A stretch of 35,379 bases of DNA from a virus (Duplodnaviria; Caudoviricetes), in the IMG/VR virus record IMGVR_UViG_3300030376_004203, positions 1 to 35,379 of that record. The stretch is one strand, 5' to 3'. The notes beneath the pieces were generated by a model, which had not been told where the DNA came from, made no database searches, and worked only from the letters and a program-made list of their open reading frames with translations. Made by a program: the position numbers and the translations under genes. Of this stretch, positions 8,759 through 18,131 are shown one piece after another (position 1 is the stretch's first letter; every line of letters starts with the position of its first letter).

Positions 8759-10963
8759 ATGGGTAGCACAAGAATAGACGCACCACAAGTTCAGCCAATA
8801 GATGTAGCTCAACAAATAAAGGACACTTCTAGGGCTTACAGGGAAGCAGCTCCAGACATCATTGCTGCTGAAGGTGAAATTCGTCCAGCAATGCAGCGAC
8901 TGGCGTTGCAAGACTATGCAACTGCATTGTTTGGAGGATCTAGCCCAGAGGCTTTTGCGCAGAGACAACAAGCGGAGTCTGCACTTCAGCAGGCTAGAAC
9001 CCAGAGAGCAGATCAGGAGGGTTCTATTAACAAGCGCATTGATGCTCTGAAAGAAACTGGGTTTAATTCGGACCAAGAGCGCGAGCGTTTGCGCCAGCTT
9101 GAAAGCGACTATGTTGGCTACGTTGGGATGGGCGATGAAAACCAAGCTGCGTTTCAGCAAACACTAGACACAATTAGAGCAGAGCTTGAGTTCGATGATG
9201 CTCAGTTGGAGGAACGCTTTGGAGCTAGCCAGCAACAGCGTAGAGAAACCGAAATTCAAAACTTGGCAAATGAACTTACCACGCTGAAAGAAAGCGGGGC
9301 ATTGAGTGATGACGCCATTGCCAATCTGGAAGGCAAGTTTGAAACCGCTGCGGATGCAGTGCTTACGGAAAATCCCGGAATACTGGAGCTTTCACGCATG
9401 GCTGTTGAAAGCCAGTTTGCGGTTGGAGAAAAGCTAAAGAAGGCCGCTGCTGAAAATGAATTTAGAACCATCTCTGAGCTTGCTCCAGACTTGGTTGACC
9501 TATACCGCCAAGTAGATCCAGCTTCCGCTAGCTTGGCAGACTTGGCTTCTAAGAGAGCCGAGCAGCTCGCATCCGGCACTCCATCCACTGCCCAAACTGG
9601 GCTGACAGAGCTAGCCGAAAGCATTGGGGCTAGAGCTCCCGGCGGGCCTCTTGGCCAGAAAGTTCAAGCTGGGGCAGAAGCTCTCATGGGCCGAGAGGCT
9701 ATGGGTCAAACTGCGGAACAGCAAACTGTTGCTGGTCAAATTCAAAACCTGTTGTCGGGTCCACAGGCTGGAGCTGCGGAACAGGCTTTGTTGCGAGCGG
9801 CTGGTCAAGCTCCTTCGGCTGAGGCTCAAGCTCTTGGTCAGTTTGGACAACAAGCTTTAAGGGCTGAGCAACGAGCGGCTTCTCCAGTGGAGGAAGCTTT
9901 GCAGGAGCAAACTTTGCGTCAACTTGGGTTCCAAGCTGGTGGCCCATCTGCTGAAGAGCAGGCTATACAGGAACAAATTTTAGGACTTGCCAGAAGTGCT
10001 GGGACTCTCACGCCAGAACAAGAGCGTAGAGTGGCTCAGGAGTCTTTGGCTCTTAGTGCTAGGCAAGGTAGGGAGATGGACATCTCCGCTGCTGCTGGCA
10101 TTGCAGGACGCACCTCAGAGGCTAGGAGACAGGATCAGGTTAGCGACCTTATGGCTGCACAGCAGCTTCTTGGTCAACAGCAGGCCATGCAACAATCCCG
10201 GACAGCCGAGGAGTTGCAACGCATGGGAATGGGTGGACAGATGGCTGGCACCACTGAGGCAATGGCTCAACAGCGTTTGGCTCAACAGAGGGCCATGCAG
10301 CAAATGGGTGTTGGGGCAACCGGCACTGCTGCCCAGCTACAAGCTCAACAGGCTGGTCTTAGTCAACAGGCTCTCCGTGGGGCTGGCTCTTTGGAGCAGG
10401 CTCGCATGACTCAGCAGTTGCAAGGAACTGGACTGGCTCAGAACATTGCCCAAGCTGGCTTTGCTTCAGAAATGGCAGGCAGAGAACAGCAGCTTCGGGA
10501 GTTTGGTCTTGGAGCTCAAGAGGCCGCTCGTCTCGCTCAACAGCAAGCTCAGCAGGAATCTGCATTGGCTTCCCTATATGGACAGCAATTTGGAATGGAG
10601 CAGCAAAGGCAAGCCCAAGAAGGGCAAGCTCTGGGTCAGGCGTTTGCTATGCAAAAGCAAATGTCTCCAGATGTTGGAGCGTTCTTCGGTCGCCCTGCTT
10701 CTCAAGCAGCGGGTCTACAAGTGGCTGGCATGGGTCAGCAGCAAGCAATTTACGGAACCACACCACAAGCAACCGATCCAATGTTGGGAGTTAATATGGC
10801 TCTACAGCAACAGGCTAATCAGACAGCTCTTGATGCTGGAGCAATGGCTGGTTCAGCCCAAGCTCAAGGTGGATTGTTTGGTGGTCTTGGAGCCATAGGG
10901 GGAGCCATGTTTGGTGGTCCCGTTGGAGGCTTTGGTTCACAACTAGCATCAAAGATTTTTTAA
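8759..10963 (+). CDS. Gln/Ala/Gly-rich internal virion (DNA ejection) protein
   Basis: 734 aa, helical Q/A-rich body, Gly-rich hydrophobic C-terminus (GGLFGGLGAIGGAMFGGPVG). GAGGA upstream. Position typical of ejection proteins. Confidence 0.7.
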   Translation: MGSTRIDAPQVQPIDVAQQIKDTSRAYREAAPDIIAAEGEIRPAMQRLALQDYATALFGGSSPEAFAQRQQAESALQQARTQRADQEGSINKRIDALKETGFNSDQERERLRQLESDYVGYVGMGDENQAAFQQTLDTIRAELEFDDAQLEERFGASQQQRRETEIQNLANELTTLKESGALSDDAIANLEGKFETAADAVLTENPGILELSRMAVESQFAVGEKLKKAAAENEFRTISELAPDLVDLYRQVDPASASLADLASKRAEQLASGTPSTAQTGLTELAESIGARAPGGPLGQKVQAGAEALMGREAMGQTAEQQTVAGQIQNLLSGPQAGAAEQALLRAAGQAPSAEAQALGQFGQQALRAEQRAASPVEEALQEQTLRQLGFQAGGPSAEEQAIQEQILGLARSAGTLTPEQERRVAQESLALSARQGREMDISAAAGIAGRTSEARRQDQVSDLMAAQQLLGQQQAMQQSRTAEELQRMGMGGQMAGTTEAMAQQRLAQQRAMQQMGVGATGTAAQLQAQQAGLSQQALRGAGSLEQARMTQQLQGTGLAQNIAQAGFASEMAGREQQLREFGLGAQEAARLAQQQAQQESALASLYGQQFGMEQQRQAQEGQALGQAFAMQKQMSPDVGAFFGRPASQAAGLQVAGMGQQQAIYGTTPQATDPMLGVNMALQQQANQTALDAGAMAGSAQAQGGLFGGLGAIGGAMFGGPVGGFGSQLASKIF

Positions 10964-10979
10964 TTAGGAGATAATTATT

Positions 10980-12668
10980 ATGGCAATATTAGGTAGCACA
11001 GTTGATCCCCGGTTGGGGGCCGTAAACCCTGCGGCAATACAGGCACTCTCACAAGCTGGAGCGGCATCGGGTCAGATGTATGCCAACATTGGTAGCTCCA
11101 TTGCTGGGGTTATACAGGATCAAGCCCAGCGTAAAACAGATGCAGGTATAGCTCAAATTATAGACGAGGCTACTATTGATGAGTTTGATGAAGAGGGAAA
11201 CCGAACTGGGTTTAGAACTTTAGATCAGTCTAAGTTTAGAAAACTAGTTAGCGACAGAAAGCTTCCACCTGCACAGGCTAATGCCATTTTACAAGACACC
11301 CTTGATGCTTGGAAAACAGAGGCTGAGCTAATTGCAATGCAAAGGAAAATAGATCTTGATAACCAAACGGACAATAGAAGGATTGACGCAACTATGCGAG
11401 GTCAAGACCTCACAACTCAAACAACTCAGCGAGGTCAAGACATCGACAAGGAGGTGGCATTTGCTGGCTTCAGATCTAGGGAGGGTATGCAAGAAAAGGA
11501 ACTCTCAAGCTTAGAGAGACGACTGGGGATGTCACTTGCTTCTCAGGAAGGGATATCTTCAGCTAGAATAGCTTCGGAGGAAAAGATGACTGCAGCTAAA
11601 CTAGAATTGGAAAAAGAACTGAACGAGGCAAACAACAATGTAAAAACATATCTTGCCGAAATGGATGATGCTACAAGAAAGGAGTTGGGCTTTGCTGGGC
11701 TAAAGAATACTATGACCATAGCTGAGATGAATATTGGTTCAGAAATGGAAATGCTTGAACAACGGCTGGAGAATGCCACCGCAAGTGATAAAAGGCAAAT
11801 TAGAGCTGATATGCAAAAGCTTGATAAAACCTTAGCTCAAAACGACAGGCACTTTAATAAAGAAATAAAGCTGGCAAGGAAGGAGCTTAAACAAGAAGGA
11901 ACTTTGTTCAGGGAAAGACTTTCCTTTGATAAGGATCTTGCCAACCAGAAAGATAAACTAGCAAGGGATCTCAGCGAGGATGAAATAACTGCAAGGTTCA
12001 GGGAGGTGAATACGGAGATTGCGGCCAGAAAAGAAATGCTTAGGGCCGAATTGAATTCTGCCTCCGAAAGAGACAGAGTAAAAATACGCGCAGAAATGCG
12101 TAAGCTGGAAAGAACTCAAAAACAAAACTTGAAGATCCACAACGACAGAATGAGCGTTGAGAATAGAAAGCTTAAAATAGACGAAGCAATTGGCTCGGCT
12201 CAGGTAGAGCTTATGGGCTCTCAGAAAGGAGAGGTAGAGGCTAGGACGAAGGAGACTCTAGCTAATACAGAAATGATTGATCCCACGCTTAGTAAATCAA
12301 AGATGCTTAATGATTATACTTCGGGTCTTTCTGCCGAGAATAAGGCTTTATTTATGGGAATGTCTCCAGCAGATCAGTTGAGAAACATTGAGATAGATGT
12401 AGATATAGCTGAAGCCTCAAGAGACATAGGTCTAAGAGATCAACTTGTTGCACTGCATAACTCCTTAAAATTTGACGCACAAAGAAATGCTAGAATGTCG
12501 GGTCAGCCAATGCCACAGCTTAGAAGCTTTGGAGAAATCGGACAAGCTCCAGCCGAACAACAAGGATTCTTTGGTCGCCTTGGCGACTTTGCATCAGATG
12601 CGTATGGGCTGGCCCGCGACTATAATGTCCCAGCGATTGCAGATAGATTTCTGTCCAAGAAACCATAA
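10980..12668 (+). CDS. Coiled-coil DNA ejection/pilot protein with 11-residue periodicity
   Basis: 562 aa, AGGAG upstream. RGQD repeated 11 aa apart, long charged helical region. Confidence 0.7.
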   Translation: MAILGSTVDPRLGAVNPAAIQALSQAGAASGQMYANIGSSIAGVIQDQAQRKTDAGIAQIIDEATIDEFDEEGNRTGFRTLDQSKFRKLVSDRKLPPAQANAILQDTLDAWKTEAELIAMQRKIDLDNQTDNRRIDATMRGQDLTTQTTQRGQDIDKEVAFAGFRSREGMQEKELSSLERRLGMSLASQEGISSARIASEEKMTAAKLELEKELNEANNNVKTYLAEMDDATRKELGFAGLKNTMTIAEMNIGSEMEMLEQRLENATASDKRQIRADMQKLDKTLAQNDRHFNKEIKLARKELKQEGTLFRERLSFDKDLANQKDKLARDLSEDEITARFREVNTEIAARKEMLRAELNSASERDRVKIRAEMRKLERTQKQNLKIHNDRMSVENRKLKIDEAIGSAQVELMGSQKGEVEARTKETLANTEMIDPTLSKSKMLNDYTSGLSAENKALFMGMSPADQLRNIEIDVDIAEASRDIGLRDQLVALHNSLKFDAQRNARMSGQPMPQLRSFGEIGQAPAEQQGFFGRLGDFASDAYGLARDYNVPAIADRFLSKKP

Positions 12669-15600
12669 TGCCTTTTGATCAATACGGAAACTATATAGAT
12701 CCCTTTGAGTCAGACGAGGAGAAGGGTCGTTTGGCAGAGTCTCCGGGACTTGCTTCAATTCTTGGTGGCCTTGGAGCGGAGGTTGGTATTGCTGGAACTT
12801 CTCAAGCTCTTGGTGCGGCAACCGGAATTGGTTATGTTCCAATAGCTCTTGCTGGTGGTTTTGCAGGGAGCGTTGTCAATCAGGCAATAAACGATGAGCC
12901 ATTTGATTTAGGAAGAGCGGTCGCTGCTAGTTTTGTAAACCTAATACCGGGGGCTGCTGGTATCAAAGGAGCCAGTAAAGCAGGAACAATAACAAAGGCT
13001 CTTGATAATGCAGCCAAGGGGTTTAATAAATTCGGAACCAAGACCATTCCCGGAGCCGTACAAAGAGAGGCAACTAGGGGTGCAATTCTTGGCATCACCG
13101 ATACTACAATAGAGAATTTAATAAATGACCAAAACCTTCCAACCTATGATGAGCTTTTGCTTTATGGTGGATCGGGTGCAGGGTTAGGTGGTTTGCTTGG
13201 TGGCGTTTTTGGATCAATACAGAAGGCGGGTCTTGGTAAAAGCTTAGAAGAGTCTGCAATAAGTGTTACGGAAGATGCCAACAAAAGCTGGAAGACCATG
13301 CAGTATCCAGAGAAAATTGATTTTCTGAAAACCATAGGTCAAGAAATTGTAGGAGATTTTCCTGAGACTGAGCTTGATAACCTGTTTAATAGGTTTGTTT
13401 CACAATCCAGAAACACTGCAATAAGCAACGCCAGTCTTAAGGTTCTAGCATATGCGTCAGATCCTAGTTCGGGAGCTGATGTTGTTCAGGGCAACATCTT
13501 AACTAAGATGCTTAATACCATTGCTCCATCTACAATACTTGGGAAAGAGCTTACCAATAGGGTAGAAGCCATCCAAGGTATAATTGATGAAGGAGAATCT
13601 CTTGGTAGTAGAATAAGAAAAGAAATAAGAACAGAGGTACAGAAAAATCCTGATTCCAACATAATGGAAGACATCAGGAATTATGTGACATCTCCACATG
13701 AGGCTGGGGAATTTGTTCAAGAAGCTTATGGAGGTCGACTAAGAGGAGACAGGGGAAAGTTTATAAGAAAAGCAAAGCTTCCTGAATATTTGTCCGAAGA
13801 AACTAGGAAGAGACTTGAACCAGAACTTAATAGATTCAAGGCTTACCGAACAAAACTACAAACAGAACTTCTTGAGTTTGTGGACCCCAAAACTATGGAT
13901 GGGTTTACGGGTAAGGATGAGTCTATTGCCCTAAAGTCTGTGCTGGGCGAGTCTCAAGGAGATATGTCTAGCAAAGATAGCATATCTCAAAGCATAAAAC
14001 TTCAAAATTATTTAACTCAAGAGTATCCACTTTTTGAAAAAGTAGATTATATTCCCAGCAAGGAGTCCAAGAGGTCCTTGATAAACTGGATGGTGAAGAA
14101 CGATGAATCAATATCTGGTGCTGAGTACAAGAGCGATGCAACTGGTAAGATTTTAAAAGGAGAAGAACTTTTGCGAGCCCAAAGGGCAGAGGCTGAAAGC
14201 TACATAAACAAAGTTTATCTTTCACGTTCTGCAAACCCCAAAAACAGAGTTTCCCTGCCAGACTCTTCTGGGCAGAGAAGCATACTAGACGAGTATAGAT
14301 CAAGCGACATTTTACTTAATAAGAATAGATCAATGCCAAAGGAGCTTACTGATTTTCTTGGCGCTGAATTGAAAGATCCGCTAACTGGAAAGCCGGATAT
14401 TGCTGAAAACATTTTTGGAACTTTATCTAAATTGACTAAACGCATTGCTGGATTACAGTCTCAAGAAGTTTTGTTGAGAGATTTGCAGCAGCAAGGAAAG
14501 CTAAATATTATTTCTGTAGGAGGAAATGTTCTAGAATCTCCAAGAATAAATTTTGAAAACCCCAAGGAAATAAATTTCTTTAACGGGAATGTTGTTGCCA
14601 CTGCACCAGCGGAGATTGCTTCTGCGGTTGAAGAAGTTATTGGTTCTGGTCTGATAACCAAGGCTACAGAAGCATCTATGGACTCAACCGATAAAATGGT
14701 AGATGCGTTCAAAGCAGGTTATGGACTTTTAGCCAGTGCCAGTAAAGGTGCTAAGGTTTTACTGAGTCCCATTTCCTATTCAACAAACACACTTACTGCT
14801 GGTCTAGCGGCTTTAGCCGCTGGCAACACAAATCTTTTTGGATCTGATTTAGCTAAAGGAATAAGAATGTCCCTTGATGAATTTGGAACAATGGAAGGAC
14901 TGTCTCAAATATTAGGAGATCCTGTTTCAAAACTTGGTAGAGCAGGTCTTGATACCCAACAAGCTGAGGCATTGGTTCAAGACATTGGAAAGATGCGTAA
15001 GTATGGAATGATGAACGCTGAAGTTAGTTCCAGTGATACTATTAGGGCTTTGACTGATGGAAAGCTAGGTGATTTTGGAAGAAAGGCTTTTGAGCCATTC
15101 GGGAAAGCGTATCAAACTCCTGACAATACTTTTAGATATTTGGTTTGGAAGAACAACATAAACAGATTTAGGGAAATGTTTCCTAAGCCAGCAGGTATGT
15201 CAGATTCTCGCTACCTTGAGGAGATTGAAAGGGGTTCTGCTTTTTTTACAAACAACACTTATGCTAACTACAACAAGCTGAACAAAACATTAAGGAGTTT
15301 TTCTGGGTTAGGTCTTTTTGATCCGTTTGTTGCTTGGACTGCTGAGTTTTCTAGGAACTCTTTTAATAATGTAAAGTCCACTGCAAGCATGATTGGCATT
15401 CCCGGCTTTGGAAAGTTCGGAAGCGATCTTGGTTTCAGTGATGAGCTTCTTGCAAATGCCAATGTTAAAGCCATTCAAAAAGAGGGACAAAAGAGAGCAG
15501 TTATTTTAGGTGCATTAAGCGTTGGATTTGGAGGTGCATCCAAGGCTTTCAACTTAGCTCAAGGCGTTGACTCTGAAAAGATGGAGGCACTCAAGAACAC

Positions 15601-16678
15601 TGTCATACCAGACTATGACAAGGACAATGAATTGATTGTAACCATGAACCCAGATGGAAAGTCGGGAACATATATAAACGCCTCCTATATAAATCCATTT
15701 GCTGAGTTCAATAAACTATTTAACGCTTTCTCCAGAGGAGAAACTCCAGCGGCGGGAATGAGGGATGTTGCGGGAATACTTGCTGATACATTTTTAGGTA
15801 AGGGCAACTTCATGTTTCAGGCACTGGGAGATGCTTTAAAGGGTGAAGACAAATACGGAAATCCAATTTCAGTAAAGGAAGGAAATCAAGTTGTAGATAG
15901 AACAAAGTTCTTCTTTAAGGAGTTATTAACCCCCGGTGTTACAAGAGAGTTGGACAAATGGGTTGAAGCTTTTAATGGAACTGGAGACTATACCACCAAC
16001 CAACTTTCACTAAGGTTGATGGGGGTTAGGCAGAATAGTTTTAGCGTTGAGGATGATGCTTTCTTTAAAATAAATGGGCCAAATAAAAATCTAAAACTTA
16101 TAAAGAGTCGTTATAATTCTTTGGATGAAAACACCCCAGAGGATGTAAGGAATAACTTATATCAACTCTCAAATCAAAACAGGGATGCTTCAATGGGTAA
16201 GCTCATTGAGGTTTACAACTCCCTCAAAACCCTTGGTATTAGTGACAATGAAGCTATAAAAACATTCAAGGATAGCAGGGTGTCTAATGCTGATGTGATA
16301 CAAATATCACAAAACAAAATAAAGCCATTGGACTACATTCAAGCTAGAACATTGGGAGATGTATATGAAGAGTTTGAAGGAAAAACTATTTCGGAAACCA
16401 AGAGAAACATTTTGGCTAACACCAAGAATGACGTTAAGCTACGGAAAAGTCTTCTAGGCAAACTAAGACAAGAACAAAGGTATGCCCAAAGAAACATAGA
16501 TGAGTTTGACAGAAGCTTGCTAAGCTTGGGGCCTTCCGAAAGAGCAGACACTCTGATAAATGTTCTTGGAGTTAGCCCCACTAACTCGGTTTTGATTGGG
16601 GAGTATCGCAGGAAGGGCATCATCACCGATGATGTGTTGAAGGCCATGCGGCTTAGAGGTTCACTCGCCTCTTACTAA
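12668..16678 (+). CDS. Large internal virion / ejection protein
   Basis: 1336 aa with Gly/Ala-rich hydrophobic N-terminal segments. Last and largest of the ejection cluster, as in podoviruses. No catalytic motif recognised. Confidence 0.7.
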   Translation: MPFDQYGNYIDPFESDEEKGRLAESPGLASILGGLGAEVGIAGTSQALGAATGIGYVPIALAGGFAGSVVNQAINDEPFDLGRAVAASFVNLIPGAAGIKGASKAGTITKALDNAAKGFNKFGTKTIPGAVQREATRGAILGITDTTIENLINDQNLPTYDELLLYGGSGAGLGGLLGGVFGSIQKAGLGKSLEESAISVTEDANKSWKTMQYPEKIDFLKTIGQEIVGDFPETELDNLFNRFVSQSRNTAISNASLKVLAYASDPSSGADVVQGNILTKMLNTIAPSTILGKELTNRVEAIQGIIDEGESLGSRIRKEIRTEVQKNPDSNIMEDIRNYVTSPHEAGEFVQEAYGGRLRGDRGKFIRKAKLPEYLSEETRKRLEPELNRFKAYRTKLQTELLEFVDPKTMDGFTGKDESIALKSVLGESQGDMSSKDSISQSIKLQNYLTQEYPLFEKVDYIPSKESKRSLINWMVKNDESISGAEYKSDATGKILKGEELLRAQRAEAESYINKVYLSRSANPKNRVSLPDSSGQRSILDEYRSSDILLNKNRSMPKELTDFLGAELKDPLTGKPDIAENIFGTLSKLTKRIAGLQSQEVLLRDLQQQGKLNIISVGGNVLESPRINFENPKEINFFNGNVVATAPAEIASAVEEVIGSGLITKATEASMDSTDKMVDAFKAGYGLLASASKGAKVLLSPISYSTNTLTAGLAALAAGNTNLFGSDLAKGIRMSLDEFGTMEGLSQILGDPVSKLGRAGLDTQQAEALVQDIGKMRKYGMMNAEVSSSDTIRALTDGKLGDFGRKAFEPFGKAYQTPDNTFRYLVWKNNINRFREMFPKPAGMSDSRYLEEIERGSAFFTNNTYANYNKLNKTLRSFSGLGLFDPFVAWTAEFSRNSFNNVKSTASMIGIPGFGKFGSDLGFSDELLANANVKAIQKEGQKRAVILGALSVGFGGASKAFNLAQGVDSEKMEALKNTVIPDYDKDNELIVTMNPDGKSGTYINASYINPFAEFNKLFNAFSRGETPAAGMRDVAGILADTFLGKGNFMFQALGDALKGEDKYGNPISVKEGNQVVDRTKFFFKELLTPGVTRELDKWVEAFNGTGDYTTNQLSLRLMGVRQNSFSVEDDAFFKINGPNKNLKLIKSRYNSLDENTPEDVRNNLYQLSNQNRDASMGKLIEVYNSLKTLGISDNEAIKTFKDSRVSNADVIQISQNKIKPLDYIQARTLGDVYEEFEGKTISETKRNILANTKNDVKLRKSLLGKLRQEQRYAQRNIDEFDRSLLSLGPSERADTLINVLGVSPTNSVLIGEYRRKGIITDDVLKAMRLRGSLASY

Positions 16679-16706
16679 AAAATAAAGGCCGGGTATTACC
16701 CCGGCC
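16677..16706 (-). terminator. Rho-independent terminator ending the leftward arm
   Basis: Minus strand reads GGCCGGG-GTAATA-CCCGGCC then TTTATTTTTT, at the point where the two arms converge. Confidence 0.75.
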
Positions 16707-16749
16707 CCGACGGATTCAATAAGGGAAAAAGATTAAACCCCTCCAGAGA

Positions 16750-16998
16750 TTACTCGTCTGGATTACCGTCTAAAGTTTCTTCCTCTGAGGAGTCTTCCGC
16801 AGGAGGATTGAGTTGCTTGTCAAGCTCCTCGCGTTGCTCATCACCCATCTCATCAATGGCTTTGAATGCTTGTTGCTTGAGTACATTAGCACAGCCCACA
16901 ACAGTCAATGAAGATGTTACCAAATCTTTAACTTGGTCAATTGTGGCCGTGTTAATAAGATAGTTGGCGTAGTCTTGTTTTAGTTTATCTAGGTCCAT
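16750..16998 (-). CDS. Hypothetical protein with acidic C-terminus (82 aa)
   Basis: ORF track 16750..17028; the ATG at 16998 (MDLDKLKQ) is the more likely start. Confidence 0.65.
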   Translation of the reverse strand: MDLDKLKQDYANYLINTATIDQVKDLVTSSLTVVGCANVLKQQAFKAIDEMGDEQREELDKQLNPPAEDSSEEETLDGNPDE

Positions 16999-17305
16999 TA
17001 TTATTTTGTTTTTGGATTTTGGTTTCAAGGAGAGCTAAAGCTCTCCAAGCAACAGCCACATAGTCTTCTTCAATTAGATGACGCATGAGGCAGTCGTGGT
17101 GATCGTTGGATTTATCAAACTCCCAGTACAAAGGTTTGAGAGGATCGCAATGCTTCTCGTTGCCAGCATAAGATTGCCGTGCCACTGCTGCAATTGCATT
17201 GGGGAAGGGGGAGAGTACGCCTGAATATATGGGCCACTTCTTTCTTTCTTCACTGTCCTTGGGGAGAATGACAACCTTGTGCTGAGGGTCTGATCGCAGT
17301 ATCAT
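16985..17305 (-). CDS. dATP/dGTP diphosphohydrolase N-terminal domain-like protein (DUF5664-like)
   Basis: ERK..PIYSGVL..FPNAIAAVA..S..GNEKH..W..KS.DH.DCLMRHL..VAWRALALLE matches this phage family as I know it. Confidence 0.65.
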   Translation of the reverse strand: MILRSDPQHKVVILPKDSEERKKWPIYSGVLSPFPNAIAAVARQSYAGNEKHCDPLKPLYWEFDKSNDHHDCLMRHLIEEDYVAVAWRALALLETKIQKQNNNGPR

Positions 17306-17757
17306 AGCTCTATAAATTTAACCAAGTTCAGAGGACACAGATAGAAATCTTGTGTCATATCCTCATATCTTTTGTCTGTTATTTTTTGAGTGTACCAGCT
17401 TTTACTAGTGTCGCTCATCACCAGAGCGGCATGAGTCTTTTCATTGTTCAGTATGTAGTAACAATGAGGCTTTGGGTTGGCCCCGTCAAACGAATGTTTG
17501 GCACAAACTATAAATTTTTCTCCGAAGGGCCAATCACTTCTGTTGGTGAAATTAACTCCTAGCTTCTTTACCTCAACCCTTAGCTGAATATACAAGTCCC
17601 CTCGATCAGAGAAGTCATCCCAGTTCTCTCGACACTTTATGTAGTTTGTCGGGTTGACAGTTACGGTGTGTCCCTTGCCAGCAAGTCTGTCGGCTATCAT
17701 CCAAACCGCATTGTGACTTTCCTCTAAGTGTTTCTTAAATCTTTGCTGGTCGTTCAT
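17302..17757 (-). CDS. Putative PD-(D/E)XK-family nuclease
   Basis: DRGDL...VEVK catalytic-like motif; ATGA overlaps on both sides. Confidence 0.5.
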   Translation of the reverse strand: MNDQQRFKKHLEESHNAVWMIADRLAGKGHTVTVNPTNYIKCRENWDDFSDRGDLYIQLRVEVKKLGVNFTNRSDWPFGEKFIVCAKHSFDGANPKPHCYYILNNEKTHAALVMSDTSKSWYTQKITDKRYEDMTQDFYLCPLNLVKFIEL

Positions 17758-18131
17758 TTCTTTTTTCTATTTGCATTCTCTTCCTTTGTCTTGGCCTTGT
17801 GTGCTTCTTTGCTGACTGCCTGTAGGTTTTCTTTTCCACAGAACAATCTAGGAAGAAGCTCGTTCCAATTGTACCCAAGATATTTAGTTTTGCGTCCCCA
17901 CTTTTCGGGGATTACCGGTTCGATGTGATCGACCTGCATATCCTTTGCCGGAAAAAGTTTGTTGGTAATGGCACAGCGGTACATCTTCCGCATCCTGCCA
18001 GTCTTGGGGTTCTTCTGACTCTCAACAAATGCTTCGTTAAGGGTCTGATACTTGGGTGCCCACCTCCTAGTCCCCGATCTAACACAGGACATCATGAAAG
18101 ATCTTAGTCTAGCTTCAGTCCAAACCTTCAT
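17754..18131 (-). CDS. HNH-family endonuclease
   Basis: YRCA...F..KDMQVDHIEPV...NLQ....H..KT. Confidence 0.75.
   Translation of the reverse strand: MKVWTEARLRSFMMSCVRSGTRRWAPKYQTLNEAFVESQKNPKTGRMRKMYRCAITNKLFPAKDMQVDHIEPVIPEKWGRKTKYLGYNWNELLPRLFCGKENLQAVSKEAHKAKTKEENANRKKK

Noticed and set aside
8441-10898. 239-aa minus-strand ORF and other overlapping ORFs across the Q-rich gene
   Set aside because: They overlap well-supported plus-strand genes and have no recognisable domain or start context.
16985-17305. 2-aminoadenine (Z) genome system
   Set aside because: No PurZ, HD-domain DatZ or phage polymerase in the window.
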